64,000 nucleotides of DNA from Bacteroidota bacterium. Its GTDB lineage: Bacteria; Bacteroidota; Bacteroidia; UKL13-3. A program made the position numbers and the translations under genes. The notes beneath the pieces are model-generated. The model was given only the letters and a program-made list of their open reading frames with translations. It searched no databases and was not told the DNA's origin. Within the stretch, counting starts at the first letter, position 1. Every line of letters begins with the position of its first letter. This document shows, in pieces, positions 1 to 10,434 of this stretch. Location: positions 124,455 through 188,454 of the forward strand of contig JAZKEF010000012.1 in the NCBI GenBank assembly GCA_040387195.1. The letters run 5' to 3'.

Positions 1-1059
1 AATCCTCCGTTACGTTTCATATCATCAGCAATCTGAGTTGGGTTTACCGAAATAGCTGTGTAGAAATACGTGAACACAATGATTAATATAGCAAATGTAA
101 GGTTATAGGCCATTGACCCCGGGTTTACAAACTGAGCTATAATTCCCTGCATGGTTTCATTAGGAAAAAACTGCGCAATTGTTGAAGGAATGAACATCAA
201 AGCCTGAGCAAAGATAATTGGCATTACACCTGCAGCATTTACCTTTAACGGGATATACTGACGAACTCCTCCATATTGACGGTTTCCTACAATTCTTTTA
301 GCGTATTGAACCGGAATCTTTCTAACTCCTTGTACCAACATGATTACGGCCATGATAACACCGAACAATGCAGCAAGTTCAATTAAGAAGATTACCAATC
401 CTCCACCTGACTCTGATAATTTGAAGTAAAACTCATCTTTCAAAGCAAATGGTAAGCGGGCTATGATACCGATCATGATAATCAATGACACTCCGTTTCC
501 GATACCTTTATCTGTAATACGCTCTCCTAGCCATAATACAAACATGGTACTAGCTGTCAATACAATCACAGAAGTGACCATAAAGAAGAAGTCTGATACT
601 AACTCGGGATGTGTAATTGAAATAATAGCACCCGGATTCTCCGATTTCAAGTTAATTAAGAATCCTACCGACTGCACCACAGTAATAATGATTGTTAAAT
701 AACGGGTAATTTGATTGATCTTTCTGCGTCCGTCTTCTCCTTCTTTTTGCATTTTCTGGAAAGAGGGAACCGCCATGGTTAATAATTGAACCACAATGGA
801 TGCTGAAATGTAAGGCATGATACCTAGGGCGAAGATAGATCCGCGTCCGAAAGCACCACCCGCAAACATATTAATCAATCCGAATATTCCACTTGAAGCT
901 TGCTGTGCAGAACCTTCCAAAGCATTAGGGTCAACACCCGGAAGGGTCACATATGTACCGAAACGGTAAATAAGCAACAACCAGAAGGTGATGGCTAACT
1001 TATACCTCAACTCCTCAATTCGATAGATATTTTTTATGGTCTCGATGAGTTTTTTCATG
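1..1059 (-). CDS. secY: Preprotein translocase SecY, partial (353 codons, runs off the window edge)
   Basis: Minus-strand ATG at 1059 (MKKLIETIKNIYRIEELRYKL...). The frame stays open to position 1 with membrane-rich sequence. It sits downstream of rplO, as in the spc operon. Confidence 0.85.
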
Positions 1060-1061
1060 TA

Positions 1062-1544
1062 TTACGCGTTTGCTTCTTTAGCTACTTTATATGTAGGAAC
1101 AAGAACTACTGAACCACCAGCAGCTTCGATTGCTTTTTTAGCTGTTTCTGAGAATGCGTGGGCTTTTACTTCTACTGCCGCTTTGATTTCTCCGCGACCT
1201 AAAACTTTCACTAATTCTTTCTTAGAAACCAATCCGTTTTCGATAAATGTACTCAAGTCAATTGATTTCAAAGATTTCTCTTCGATTAATGTTTGAATTT
1301 TATCCAGGTTGATACCTGCGTATTCCACACGATTCAGGTTTTTGAAACCAAACTTAGGAATACGTCTGTATAAAGGCATTTGACCTCCTTCAAAACCTCT
1401 CTTGGTACTAGTACCTGAGCGAGATCCGGCACCTTTGTGTCCACGCGCAGCAGTTCCACCTTTTCCGGAACCTTCTCCACGTCCTACACGCTTACCTTCT
1501 CTTTTTATTGAACCAGCAGCTGGTTTTAATGTATGTAATTTCAT
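1062..1544 (-). CDS. rplO: 50S ribosomal protein L15
   Basis: MKLHTLKPAAGSIKREGKRVGRGEGSGKGGTAARGHKG, glycine- and arginine-rich L15 N-terminus; operon position. Confidence 0.9.
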   Translation of the reverse strand: MKLHTLKPAAGSIKREGKRVGRGEGSGKGGTAARGHKGAGSRSGTSTKRGFEGGQMPLYRRIPKFGFKNLNRVEYAGINLDKIQTLIEEKSLKSIDLSTFIENGLVSKKELVKVLGRGEIKAAVEVKAHAFSETAKKAIEAAGGSVVLVPTYKVAKEANA

Positions 1545-1558
1545 TATGCTTAATCTGA

Positions 1559-1738
1559 TTAAACGTTTTCAATTTTGAGCAAATGCGCTACTTGTCTGAT
1601 CATGCCCATCACTTGCGGAGTACCTTCTTTTTCCAATGTTTGGTTGGTTTTGGTAAATCCTAAAGCTCTGATGGTTCTTTTTTGTGGTTCAGGTCTGTCG
1701 ATAATTGATTTTACCTGAGTGATTCTAACTGTTGCCAT
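1559..1738 (-). CDS. rpmD: 50S ribosomal protein L30 (59 aa, absent from the ORF track because it is under 60 aa)
   Basis: Hand translation gives MATVRITQVKSIIDRPEPQKRTIRALGFTKTNQTLEKEGTPQVMGMIRQVAHLLKIENV. It lies between rpsE and rplO. Confidence 0.8.
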   Translation of the reverse strand: MATVRITQVKSIIDRPEPQKRTIRALGFTKTNQTLEKEGTPQVMGMIRQVAHLLKIENV

Positions 1739-1742
1739 CTTA

Positions 1743-2264
1743 TTACTCTCCGTTAAAAACTTTCTTTAAACTAATTCCTCTTTGTTGAGCAATGGTAAAT
1801 GCATCACGCATATTCAGCAAAGCATCAATGGTTGCTTTTACCACATTATGTGGGTTAGAAGAACCTTTTGATTTTGCCAATACATCCGTTACACCGGCAC
1901 TTTCCAATACCGCACGCATCGCACCACCTGCAATTACTCCAGTTCCATGAGCCGCCGGTTTCAAGAACACGCGTCCTCCTCCGTATTTACCCAATTGTTC
2001 GTGAGGTACTGTACCTTTTAATACCGGAACTTTGATCAGGTTTTTCTTTGCATCATCAATACCTTTATTGATTGCATCGGTAACCTCATTAGCCTTGCCC
2101 AAACCGTAACCAATAATTCCGTTTGAATCACCAACTACCACAAGTGCCGAGAAACTAAATGTTCTACCACCTTTGGTCACTTTGGCAACACGGTTTATCG
2201 ATACAACTCTTTCTTTGAGTTCGATGTCGGTTGTTTTTACTCTTTTTACGTTAGCTGTTGACAT
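1743..2264 (-). CDS. rpsE: 30S ribosomal protein S5
   Basis: S5 motifs ([18 protein letters not shown]) and operon order. Confidence 0.9.
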   Translation of the reverse strand: MSTANVKRVKTTDIELKERVVSINRVAKVTKGGRTFSFSALVVVGDSNGIIGYGLGKANEVTDAINKGIDDAKKNLIKVPVLKGTVPHEQLGKYGGGRVFLKPAAHGTGVIAGGAMRAVLESAGVTDVLAKSKGSSNPHNVVKATIDALLNMRDAFTIAQQRGISLKKVFNGE

Positions 2265-2311
2265 ATCTTTCCTTTAATTAAAGGTGCATTGCTGCAACCT
2301 TATAATTGTTA

Positions 2312-2656
2312 TTAAAATTTTAAACCTCCCTCTCTGGCACCATCAGCTAAACTTTGCACGCGACCATGGTATAAGTAACCATTTCTATCGAATACTACTG
2401 AGCTGATTCCTGCTTGCAAGGCTTTTTCTGCTAATGCTTTTCCAACTAATGCCGATTTCTCAACACTTGTCATTTTATCGGTTAAGTTCTTTGATGATGC
2501 AGCAGCAAGAGTTTTGCCATGAACGTCATCAATAACTTGAGCGTAAATCTGTTTATTACTTCTGAATACCGACAAACGTGGTCTTTCAGGTGTACCAAAA
2601 ACACGGCTTCTAATGCCTTTTTTGATTTTTGTTCTTCTTTGTACTTTAGCCAACAT
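2312..2656 (-). CDS. rplR: 50S ribosomal protein L18
   Basis: [20 protein letters not shown] motif; operon order. Confidence 0.9.
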   Translation of the reverse strand: MLAKVQRRTKIKKGIRSRVFGTPERPRLSVFRSNKQIYAQVIDDVHGKTLAAASSKNLTDKMTSVEKSALVGKALAEKALQAGISSVVFDRNGYLYHGRVQSLADGAREGGLKF

Positions 2657-2668
2657 AATTCTTCGATT

Positions 2669-3223
2669 TTATTTAGACGCTGTTTTACCGGCTTTTCTTC
2701 TTAATTGTTCACCTACGAATTTGATACCTTTTCCTTTGTATGGCTCAGGTTTACGTAAGCTTCTTATTTTTGCGGCTACTTGACCGATCAATTGTTTATC
2801 AGCACTTTCCAATGTGATAATCGGGTTTTTACCTTTTTCTTGCTCTGTTTTTACTTTAACTTCCTTAGGAATTTCAAAGTAAATATGATGCGAGTATCCT
2901 AAAGTCAAATCCAAAATGTTACCATCGTTGGCAGCTTTGTAACCCACACCCACAAGTTCTTGTTGTACTTTATACCCTTCAGTTACACCTGTAACCATGT
3001 TGTTAATCAATGAACGGTACAGGCCATGCATGGCTTTGTGACGTTTTTGATCTGTAGGACGTTTTACTAAAATTTCGTTGTTTTCAACTTCAACTTTAAT
3101 ATCGGCATCTACAGTTTGGTGTAATTCTCCTTTGGGTCCTTTTACTGTTACTACGTTACCGTTTGAAACTTTTAATTCAACTCCGGCAGGTAATGTAATT
3201 GGCGCTTTTCCTATACGTGACAT
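2669..3223 (-). CDS. rplF: 50S ribosomal protein L6
   Basis: MSRIGKAPITLPAGVELKV N-terminus typical of L6. Confidence 0.9.
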   Translation of the reverse strand: MSRIGKAPITLPAGVELKVSNGNVVTVKGPKGELHQTVDADIKVEVENNEILVKRPTDQKRHKAMHGLYRSLINNMVTGVTEGYKVQQELVGVGYKAANDGNILDLTLGYSHHIYFEIPKEVKVKTEQEKGKNPIITLESADKQLIGQVAAKIRSLRKPEPYKGKGIKFVGEQLRRKAGKTASK

Positions 3224-3243
3224 ATCTTTTTACCTCCTGTTGA

Positions 3244-3642
3244 TTAATAAACGTAACATAAAACTTCACCGCCTACGTTTAGTTTGCGGGCTTCCTTATC
3301 GGTCATTACACCTTTGGAAGTTGTTAATATAGCAATACCCAACCCGTTAATAACACGTGGCATGGTTGCCATACCTGTGTATTTACGCAAACCCGGAGTA
3401 CTGATACGTTGTAATGATTTAATTGCTGACGCTTTGGTGATAGGATTGTATTTCAAAGCGATTTTGATAGTACCTTGATGGTTAGCGATATCTTCAAACT
3501 TGTAGTTTAAGATGTAACCTTTTTCAAATAGTACTTTAGTAACCTCTTTCTTCAAATTTGAAGCAGGGATCTCTACAATGCGGTGGTTAGCCTTGATCGC
3601 ATTGCGTAACCTTGTTAGGTAGTCTGAAATTGGATCAGTCAT
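3244..3642 (-). CDS. rpsH: 30S ribosomal protein S8
   Basis: MTDPISDYLTRLRNA typical of S8. Confidence 0.9.
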   Translation of the reverse strand: MTDPISDYLTRLRNAIKANHRIVEIPASNLKKEVTKVLFEKGYILNYKFEDIANHQGTIKIALKYNPITKASAIKSLQRISTPGLRKYTGMATMPRVINGLGIAILTTSKGVMTDKEARKLNVGGEVLCYVY

Positions 3643-3772
3643 GTTTGTTAAATTTTACTCGTGAGTAGTAAGCCAAAGGCACTCTTGCTCACTGAGTTGT
3701 TTGTAATTATAAAAATTCAGGGGTGCGAATATATGCATATTCCCATCCCTGAACAATTTTTTTTTGCTTTTA

Positions 3773-4042
3773 TTACCAGCTTGCTTTGGTAACGCCCGGA
3801 ATCTTACCCATCAAGGCCATTTCGCGGAATTGATTACGGCAAATACCGAAATCACGCATGTAACCTTTGGGACGACCTGTTAGTTTACAACGATTGTGCA
3901 AACGCACCGGTGATGCATTACGAGGCAATTTGTTCAAACCTTCGTAATCTCCTGCTGCTTTTAATGCCTCGCGTTTTGCAGCGTAACGTGCAACTACCGC
4001 TTCTCTTTTTCTTTGGCGTGCTTTAACTGATTCTTTAGCCAT
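3773..4042 (-). CDS. rpsN: 30S ribosomal protein S14 (89 aa form)
   Basis: [14 protein letters not shown]...; operon order. Confidence 0.9.
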   Translation of the reverse strand: MAKESVKARQRKREAVVARYAAKREALKAAGDYEGLNKLPRNASPVRLHNRCKLTGRPKGYMRDFGICRNQFREMALMGKIPGVTKASW

Positions 4043-4605
4043 TATTTTTGATTTTTAAATGGTAAACCAAACTCTTTTAGTAACGATAAGCATTCTTCAT
4101 CTGTTTCGGCTGTTGTCACAAACGTGATATCCATACCGTTGATTTTGTTTACTTTATCAATTACAATCTCCGGGAAGATGATTTGCTCGGTAACACCTAA
4201 TGTATAGTTACCGCGGCCATCAAATCCTTTATCATTCAATCCAGCGAAATCACGTACACGAGGTAACGAGATAGACACTAAGCGATCTAAGAATTCATAC
4301 ATTCTGTCACCTCTTAAGGTAACGCGTGCACCAATTGGTAAATTTTCTCTCAACTTAAAGTTTGAGATCGCTTTCTTAGATTTTGTAGATACCGCACGTT
4401 GTCCAGCGATGGTTGACATCTCTTCAACTGCCTGGTCTACTAGTTTTTTATCTGCTACTGCAGCACCAACACCTTGGTTTAAGCAAATCTTAAGCAATTT
4501 AGGTACTTGCATTACGTTAGCGTATGCAAATTTTTCCCTCATTGCCGGAACTACTTGAGCTGTATATTGGTCTTTTAATCTTGGAGTATACATATCCTTA
4601 GTCAA
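4042..4605 (-). CDS. rplE: 50S ribosomal protein L5
   Basis: L5-like sequence; operon order. Confidence 0.9.
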   Translation of the reverse strand: MTKDMYTPRLKDQYTAQVVPAMREKFAYANVMQVPKLLKICLNQGVGAAVADKKLVDQAVEEMSTIAGQRAVSTKSKKAISNFKLRENLPIGARVTLRGDRMYEFLDRLVSISLPRVRDFAGLNDKGFDGRGNYTLGVTEQIIFPEIVIDKVNKINGMDITFVTTAETDEECLSLLKEFGLPFKNQK

Positions 4606-4936
4606 TTATTTCACCTGATTTTTTAGAGAAACGTACCAATTTACCTGCATCGTTCAATTTACGACCAATACGGCTTGCGTTTCCTGTTTTGTCAACCAAC
4701 ATCAAGTTAGAAATATTCACAGATGCTTCCTTCTTGATAATGCCACCTTGCTGGTTTTGAGCATTCGGTTTGGTGTGACGGCTTACGATGTTGATACCTT
4801 CAACCAACGCACGGTTAGTTGCAGCAAACACTTGTAATACACGTCCTTTTTTACCTTTATCGTCACCGGCCATAACCTGAACCATGTCGCCTTTTTTAAC
4901 ATGTAGTTTAGCCTGTTTATTATATCTTCTTTCCAT
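4598..4936 (-). CDS. rplX: 50S ribosomal protein L24
   Basis: [28 protein letters not shown] motif; the start may be slightly different. Confidence 0.85.
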   Translation of the reverse strand: MERRYNKQAKLHVKKGDMVQVMAGDDKGKKGRVLQVFAATNRALVEGINIVSRHTKPNAQNQQGGIIKKEASVNISNLMLVDKTGNASRIGRKLNDAGKLVRFSKKSGEIID

Positions 4937-4937
4937 A

Positions 4938-5306
4938 TTATAGTACCTCCGGTGCTAATGAAACGATTTTCATGAATTGTTTTTCGCGTAACTCACGGGC
5001 TACAGGTCCGAAGATACGGGTTGCTCTTGGCTCGTCTTGTGCATTTAATAACACGCAAGAGTTATCATCAAAACGGATGTATGAACCATCAGCTCTTCTC
5101 ACTTCTTTTTTGGTGCGAACAACAACAGCTTTAGAAACTGCGCCTTTTTTAACACCTCCTGAAGGAATAGCAGACTTAACAGTTACTACTATTTTATCGC
5201 CAACAGACGCATAACGTCTTGCTGTACCACCCAATACTCTAATACAAAGTACTTCTTTGGCACCGCTATTATCGGCTACTTTTAAACGACTTTCTTGTTG
5301 TATCAT
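4938..5306 (-). CDS. rplN: 50S ribosomal protein L14
   Basis: [17 protein letters not shown]. Confidence 0.9.
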   Translation of the reverse strand: MIQQESRLKVADNSGAKEVLCIRVLGGTARRYASVGDKIVVTVKSAIPSGGVKKGAVSKAVVVRTKKEVRRADGSYIRFDDNSCVLLNAQDEPRATRIFGPVARELREKQFMKIVSLAPEVL

Positions 5307-5307
5307 C

Positions 5308-5577
5308 TTATTTAGCTTTTTCGATAATTTCTACTAATCTCCATCTTTTATCTTTACTCAGCGGACGAGTTTCCATCAACTTAACTATATCGTTAATAGA
5401 GCATTCGTTTTTTTCGTCATGAGCCTTAAATTTGGAAGTCATCTTGATGAACTTTCCATATTTCGGGTGCATTACCTTACGCTCTACACTCACAACGATG
5501 GTTTTTTCCATCTTGTTGCTTAGAACTTTTCCGATAATCACTTTACGCGAATTTCTGGTTTCTACTGTTGTTTCCAT
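5308..5577 (-). CDS. rpsQ: 30S ribosomal protein S17
   Basis: Operon position; S17-like OB-fold sequence. Confidence 0.9.
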   Translation of the reverse strand: METTVETRNSRKVIIGKVLSNKMEKTIVVSVERKVMHPKYGKFIKMTSKFKAHDEKNECSINDIVKLMETRPLSKDKRWRLVEIIEKAK

Positions 5578-5587
5578 TTTCTAAATA

Positions 5588-5806
5588 TTATTGAACATTC
5601 GCTAATACCCGTCTTGTCTTCTCAGTGAGCAAACGAGCTACTAATTTCTTGCTTTCTTTTATTTTAGCAGGACTATCGATAGGAGATACAGCGTGACTAA
5701 ATTTAATTTTAGTTACTTGAGCTCTTTCTTCCTTGATTCTTCCAGCAAGTTCTTTATCCGATAGTTCTCTGATTTCTGAATTTTTCATATTATTCTGCGT
5801 AATCAT
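5588..5806 (-). CDS. rpmC: 50S ribosomal protein L29
   Basis: [22 protein letters not shown]...; overlaps the rplP end, so the true start is probably the internal Met. Confidence 0.85.
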   Translation of the reverse strand: MITQNNMKNSEIRELSDKELAGRIKEERAQVTKIKFSHAVSPIDSPAKIKESKKLVARLLTEKTRRVLANVQ

Positions 5807-6209
5807 TTTTTACGATAAACTTAGTAACTACCGGAAGTTTTTGAGAGGCAAGTCTCATAGCTTCTTTTGCTACTGCCAATGGAACACCTTCCGCTTCGAA
5901 GATGATGGTGCCGGGTTTACAAACAGCTACCCAATACTCAGGAGCTCCTTTACCCTTACCCATACGTACCTCTGCAGGCTTTTTAGTCATTGGTTTGTCA
6001 GGAAATACTCTGATCCATACTTGACCTTCACGTTTCATATAGCGGTTTAAGGCTACACGGGCTGCTTCAAGCTGTTTTCCGGTGAGGAAACTTACTTCGG
6101 TTGATTTCAATCCGAATGATCCATATGCAATCTCATGACCACGTGTTGCGTTTCCACGAACACGGCCTTTTTGCATTTTCCTATATTTGGTTCTTTTTGG
6201 CTGTAACAT
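5790..6209 (-). CDS. rplP: 50S ribosomal protein L16
   Basis: [16 protein letters not shown]. Confidence 0.9.
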   Translation of the reverse strand: MLQPKRTKYRKMQKGRVRGNATRGHEIAYGSFGLKSTEVSFLTGKQLEAARVALNRYMKREGQVWIRVFPDKPMTKKPAEVRMGKGKGAPEYWVAVCKPGTIIFEAEGVPLAVAKEAMRLASQKLPVVTKFIVKNDYAE

Positions 6210-6242
6210 TATTCTTACAGTTTAAAATTAATTGTCAATAAT

Positions 6243-7049
6243 TTATTTCTTTGGTCTTCTATCTCCGCCTGCACCTGCAGATGGTCTTCTATCACCACTA
6301 CCGCCTCTGCGGTCATTACCTCCACGTGATGGTCTATCAGGTCTGTCGTTTCTACGATCATTTCTTCTTTCACCACCCTTATTTTCAGTACTGCTCATTC
6401 CCAGGTTCGGAGACAAATCACGTTTACCGTAGATTTCGCCTTTACAGATCCACACTTTAATACCGATCTTTCCGTATACTGTTAATGCTTCAGCGATTGT
6501 ATAATCAATATCAGCACGCAGTGTATGCAATGGTGTACGTCCTTCTTTGTAGCTTTCTGTACGAGCCATCTCTGCTCCACCCAAACGACCTGCAACCTGA
6601 ATTTTAATTCCTTCAGCACCCATTCTCATGGTAGAAGCAATTGCCATTTTCACTGCACGCTTGAAAGAAACACGAGCCTGCAATTGGTTAGCAATAGTTT
6701 CACCTACCAAGGCTGCATCTAGCTCAGGACGCTTAATTTCGAAGATGTTGATTTGAACATCCTTTTTAGTAAGCTTCTTGATTTCTTCTTTAATCTTATC
6801 CACTTCTGAACCGGCTTTTCCGATAACGATACCAGGACGAGATGTATGAATAGTGATGATAATGCGCTTAATTGTACGTTCGATGATGATACGTGCAACT
6901 CCACCTTTGGTGATACGAGCATTCAAATATTTTCTGATCTTTTCATCCTCGATCAACTTTTCGGCAAAGTTCTTACCACCGTACCAGTTCGATTCCCAAC
7001 CACGTACGATACCAAGTCTAATTCCTATCGGGTTTACTTTTTGTCCCAT
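6243..7049 (-). CDS. rpsC: 30S ribosomal protein S3 with a C-terminal Arg/Gly/Asp-rich low-complexity tail
   Basis: [23 protein letters not shown]; the tail reads [44 protein letters not shown]. Confidence 0.9.
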   Translation of the reverse strand: MGQKVNPIGIRLGIVRGWESNWYGGKNFAEKLIEDEKIRKYLNARITKGGVARIIIERTIKRIIITIHTSRPGIVIGKAGSEVDKIKEEIKKLTKKDVQINIFEIKRPELDAALVGETIANQLQARVSFKRAVKMAIASTMRMGAEGIKIQVAGRLGGAEMARTESYKEGRTPLHTLRADIDYTIAEALTVYGKIGIKVWICKGEIYGKRDLSPNLGMSSTENKGGERRNDRRNDRPDRPSRGGNDRRGGSGDRRPSAGAGGDRRPKK

Positions 7050-7062
7050 TATATTTACTTTT

Positions 7063-7449
7063 TTATGCTTCGGTTGCTGTTTCTACTGCGGCTGTTTGAG
7101 CAGCTGCTTTACTATCTACTATCAGGGTAACGTGGTTAGAACGTTTTCTGATTCTGTGTGCGCGTCCTTGTGGAGCCGGTAACACGCGTTTTAGCATTGC
7201 ACCACTATCAACAAAAACAGTTTTTACATACAGTTCAGCGTCCTCAACACGAGCACCTTCATTTTTCTGACCCCAGTTAGCGATGGCAGAAAGTAATAGT
7301 TTTTCAACGCGTGGAGCACTCTCTTTTGCGTTATTGAAACGTAAAATATGTAATGCTTCAGCTACTTTTTTACCTCTGATAAGGTCAACGATCAATCTCA
7401 TTTTACGAGGTGACGTTGGGCAATTATTTAATCTTGCTACTGCTTCCAT
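7063..7449 (-). CDS. rplV: 50S ribosomal protein L22
   Basis: Operon position; L22-like. Confidence 0.9.
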   Translation of the reverse strand: MEAVARLNNCPTSPRKMRLIVDLIRGKKVAEALHILRFNNAKESAPRVEKLLLSAIANWGQKNEGARVEDAELYVKTVFVDSGAMLKRVLPAPQGRAHRIRKRSNHVTLIVDSKAAAQTAAVETATEA

Positions 7450-7451
7450 CG

Positions 7452-7718
7452 TTAGTCTTTTTTAACAGGGTGAGTTTTGAATGTACGGGTAGGAGCAAAT
7501 TCACCTAATTTGTGACCTACCATGTTTTCAGTTACATACACCGGGATAAACTTGTTACCATTGTGTACAGCAAATGTTTGTCCAACAAAATCCGGAGAGA
7601 TTACTGATCTTCTCGACCAAGTTTTGATGACAGTTTTTTTGTTAGACTCAACTACTACGCTTACTTTCTTTTCAAGTTTAGCGTCAATATAAGGTCCTTT
7701 TTTTAGAGAGCGTGCCAT
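7452..7718 (-). CDS. rpsS: 30S ribosomal protein S19
   Basis: [12 protein letters not shown]. Confidence 0.9.
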   Translation of the reverse strand: MARSLKKGPYIDAKLEKKVSVVVESNKKTVIKTWSRRSVISPDFVGQTFAVHNGNKFIPVYVTENMVGHKLGEFAPTRTFKTHPVKKD

Positions 7719-7721
7719 ATC

Positions 7722-8546
7722 TTATTTCTTTCTCCTTTCGATGATGAATCTGTTAGAATATTTCTTAGGTGTACGTGTTTTGTAACCTTTTGATTTAATA
7801 CCGTTACGTGAACGTGGGTGTCCTCCTGAAGCTCTACCTTCACCACCACCCATAGGGTGATCCACCGGATTCATTACTACCGGACGAGTTCTTGGTCTGC
7901 GACCTCTCCAACGGTTAGCACCGGCTTTACCCATACGTTCCTGGTTGTGATCAGGATTTGACACCGAACCGATTGTAGCTGAACAAGCAACTAAAATCAT
8001 ACGTGTTTCACCTGAAGCAAGTTTCACGATCGCATATCTACCATCACGGTTGAGCAATTGTGCAAATGATCCTGCTGAGCGAACTAATTTACCACCACGA
8101 TCCGGTTGCAATTCAATATTGTGAATTACTGTTCCCAATGGAATCTCTGCCAAAGGCAACGTGTTTCCGATTTCAGGGGCTGAACCTGGTCCGCTCATTA
8201 CTGAGGTTCCAACTTTCAATCCGTGTGGAGCGATGATATATCTCTTTTCGCCATCAACATAGTGCAACAAAGCGATGCGTGCACTACGGTTTGGATCATA
8301 CTCAATAGAGTGTACTGTGGCAGGAATTGTTTTCTTCTCGCGAATGAAATCAATAATACGGTACTGTTGTTTGTGTCCGCCTCCCATGTATCTCATGGTC
8401 ATTTTACCGCTGTCGTTACGACCACCTGAGCGTTTTTTGGGTACCAATAATGACTTCTCTGGAGTAGATTTAGTAATCTCCTCGAAAGTATTTACGGCTT
8501 TGAATCTGGTACCGGCTGTTACGGGTTTAAATTTTCTAATTCCCAT
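7722..8546 (-). CDS. rplB: 50S ribosomal protein L2
   Basis: L2 signature region (GGGHKQ...RNGIKSKG). Confidence 0.95.
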   Translation of the reverse strand: MGIRKFKPVTAGTRFKAVNTFEEITKSTPEKSLLVPKKRSGGRNDSGKMTMRYMGGGHKQQYRIIDFIREKKTIPATVHSIEYDPNRSARIALLHYVDGEKRYIIAPHGLKVGTSVMSGPGSAPEIGNTLPLAEIPLGTVIHNIELQPDRGGKLVRSAGSFAQLLNRDGRYAIVKLASGETRMILVACSATIGSVSNPDHNQERMGKAGANRWRGRRPRTRPVVMNPVDHPMGGGEGRASGGHPRSRNGIKSKGYKTRTPKKYSNRFIIERRKK

Positions 8547-8553
8547 TGCTTAA

Positions 8554-8844
8554 TTATATGTTTTGGAAGAAGTCAATAGTCTGACCGTCTTTCAATGTAA
8601 CAATTGCTTTTTTGAATGCAGGTTTTCTGCCCTCGAACAAACCCTTTTTGGTGAAACGTGATTTGGCTTTACCTGCATAACGCATAGTGCTGATGCCGGT
8701 TACGTTCACCGAAAACAATGTTTCGATTTCTTTGATAATTTCAGGTTTCGTAGCTAATTTATCAACGATAAACCCGAATTGTCCCAACTTCTCACTGTGA
8801 GCTGTTGATTTTTCAGTAATTAAAGGCTTTCTAAGTGTGCTCAT
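8554..8844 (-). CDS. rplW: 50S ribosomal protein L23
   Basis: Operon position; L23-like. Confidence 0.9.
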   Translation of the reverse strand: MSTLRKPLITEKSTAHSEKLGQFGFIVDKLATKPEIIKEIETLFSVNVTGISTMRYAGKAKSRFTKKGLFEGRKPAFKKAIVTLKDGQTIDFFQNI

Positions 8845-9482
8845 TATTTCGCTGAATTTAAAATTTCCTCAATAACCGAAACCGAAGTATCCACTAAAAT
8901 CAATCTGTTGGCAGCAAGAATCTCATATGTATTCAAATCCTTGGCTGTCATTACTTTTGCTTTAGGCAAGTTTCTGCTCGATCTGTAAATATTGTCGTTG
9001 TAATCAGGAATTACCAATAACGTTTTTTCCGTATTCAACTTCAAGTTGTTTAAGATGCTTAAGTATTGTTTGGTTTTCGGCCCTTCAATATTGAAGCTTT
9101 CTACAACAGTGATATTGTTTTCTTTAGCTTTGTAAGTCAATGCTGATTTACGAGCCAATTGTTTCAATTTTTTATTCAGTTTGAAGCTGTAGTCACGGGG
9201 ACGAGGACCATGGATACGAGCTCCACCAACCATTGTACCACTCTTGATACTACCTTTACGTGATCCACCTGTACCTTTTTGCTTGTGCAATTTTTTGGTA
9301 GAACCGCTTACTTCACTTCTTTCTTTTGCTTTATGCGTTCCTGTACGTTGGTTAGCAAGGTATTGCTTTACGTCAAGATAGATAGCGTGATCGCTTGGCT
9401 CAACACCAAATACGTTCTCAGAAAGCTTTACTTTTTTTCCGGTTTCTGTTCCGGATGTATTTAATACTGCTATTTCCATCAC
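8844..9482 (-). CDS. rplD: 50S ribosomal protein L4
   Basis: Operon position; L4-like. Confidence 0.9.
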   Translation of the reverse strand: MMEIAVLNTSGTETGKKVKLSENVFGVEPSDHAIYLDVKQYLANQRTGTHKAKERSEVSGSTKKLHKQKGTGGSRKGSIKSGTMVGGARIHGPRPRDYSFKLNKKLKQLARKSALTYKAKENNITVVESFNIEGPKTKQYLSILNNLKLNTEKTLLVIPDYNDNIYRSSRNLPKAKVMTAKDLNTYEILAANRLILVDTSVSVIEEILNSAK

Positions 9483-10099
9483 TATTTCTCTATTAATAAG
9501 AATGATCCCTTATGACCAGGAATACTTCCTTTTACTACCAATAAGTTTTGCTCTTTCAAAACTTTCAAAATCTCAAGGTTGGTTTTCTTAACACGAACAC
9601 CTCCCATACGACCAGCCATGCGCATTCCTTTGAATACACGTGAAGGATCTGAAGATGCACCTAATGAACCCGGAGCTCTCAAACGGTTATGTTGACCGTG
9701 TGTTTGCATACCAACTCCACTAAATCCGTGGCGTTTTACAACACCTTGAAAACCTTTTCCTTTAGAGGTTCCAACTACGTCAACGAATTCGCCAACTTCA
9801 AATAAACCAATCTCGATAGATTGACCCAATGTAAGTTCGGTTTCAAATCCTTTGAATTCAGCCAACTTCGTTTTAGGAGTCGTGTTAGCTTTAGTGAAGA
9901 TTCCTTTTTGCGCAGCGGGAGTGTTTTTTTCTTTCCTATCTCCATACGCTAGCTGAACAGCTTGGTAACCATCTTTCTCAGTGGTTTTTACTTGTGTTAC
10001 TACACAAGGCCCTGCCTCGATAACAGTACAAGGAATTTGTTTCCCGTTGCTATCGAACACGCTGGTCATGCCTACTTTTCTACCTATTATTCCAGACAT
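9482..10099 (-). CDS. rplC: 50S ribosomal protein L3
   Basis: [16 protein letters not shown]. Confidence 0.9.
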   Translation of the reverse strand: MSGIIGRKVGMTSVFDSNGKQIPCTVIEAGPCVVTQVKTTEKDGYQAVQLAYGDRKEKNTPAAQKGIFTKANTTPKTKLAEFKGFETELTLGQSIEIGLFEVGEFVDVVGTSKGKGFQGVVKRHGFSGVGMQTHGQHNRLRAPGSLGASSDPSRVFKGMRMAGRMGGVRVKKTNLEILKVLKEQNLLVVKGSIPGHKGSFLLIEK

Positions 10100-10121
10100 A
10101 ATATCTTAATCTCTTTACAAG

Positions 10122-10430
10122 TTATACTTTGATTTCAACATCTACTCCGCTCGGCAAATCCAATTTCATTAATGCATCAACAGTTTTAGCGGTTGAACTG
10201 TAGATATCCAATACCCTTTTGTAAGAGCATAATTGGAATTGCTCTCTTGCTTTCTTGTTTACGTGTGGCGAACGTAACACTGTGTAAATTCTCTTGTGAG
10301 TTGGAAGTGGAATTGGACCACTCACTACCGCACCTGTTGACTTTACTGTTCTAACAATCTTCTCTGCTGATTTATCAACAAGATTGTAGTCGAAAGACTT
10401 TAATTTGATCCTGATTTTTTGATTAACCAT
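10122..10430 (-). CDS. rpsJ: 30S ribosomal protein S10
   Basis: [21 protein letters not shown]. Confidence 0.9.
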   Translation of the reverse strand: MVNQKIRIKLKSFDYNLVDKSAEKIVRTVKSTGAVVSGPIPLPTHKRIYTVLRSPHVNKKAREQFQLCSYKRVLDIYSSTAKTVDALMKLDLPSGVDVEIKV

Positions 10431-10434
10431 TTTA

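Noticed and set aside
463-702. Plus-strand 79-aa ORF inside secY, and similar antisense ORFs throughout the ribosomal cluster (e.g. 1036-1296, 2519-2704, 3078-3332, 4972-5214, 5733-6050, 6232-6460, 6846-7182)
   Set aside because: They lie wholly antisense to strongly supported ribosomal genes, are low-complexity, and have no independent signals.
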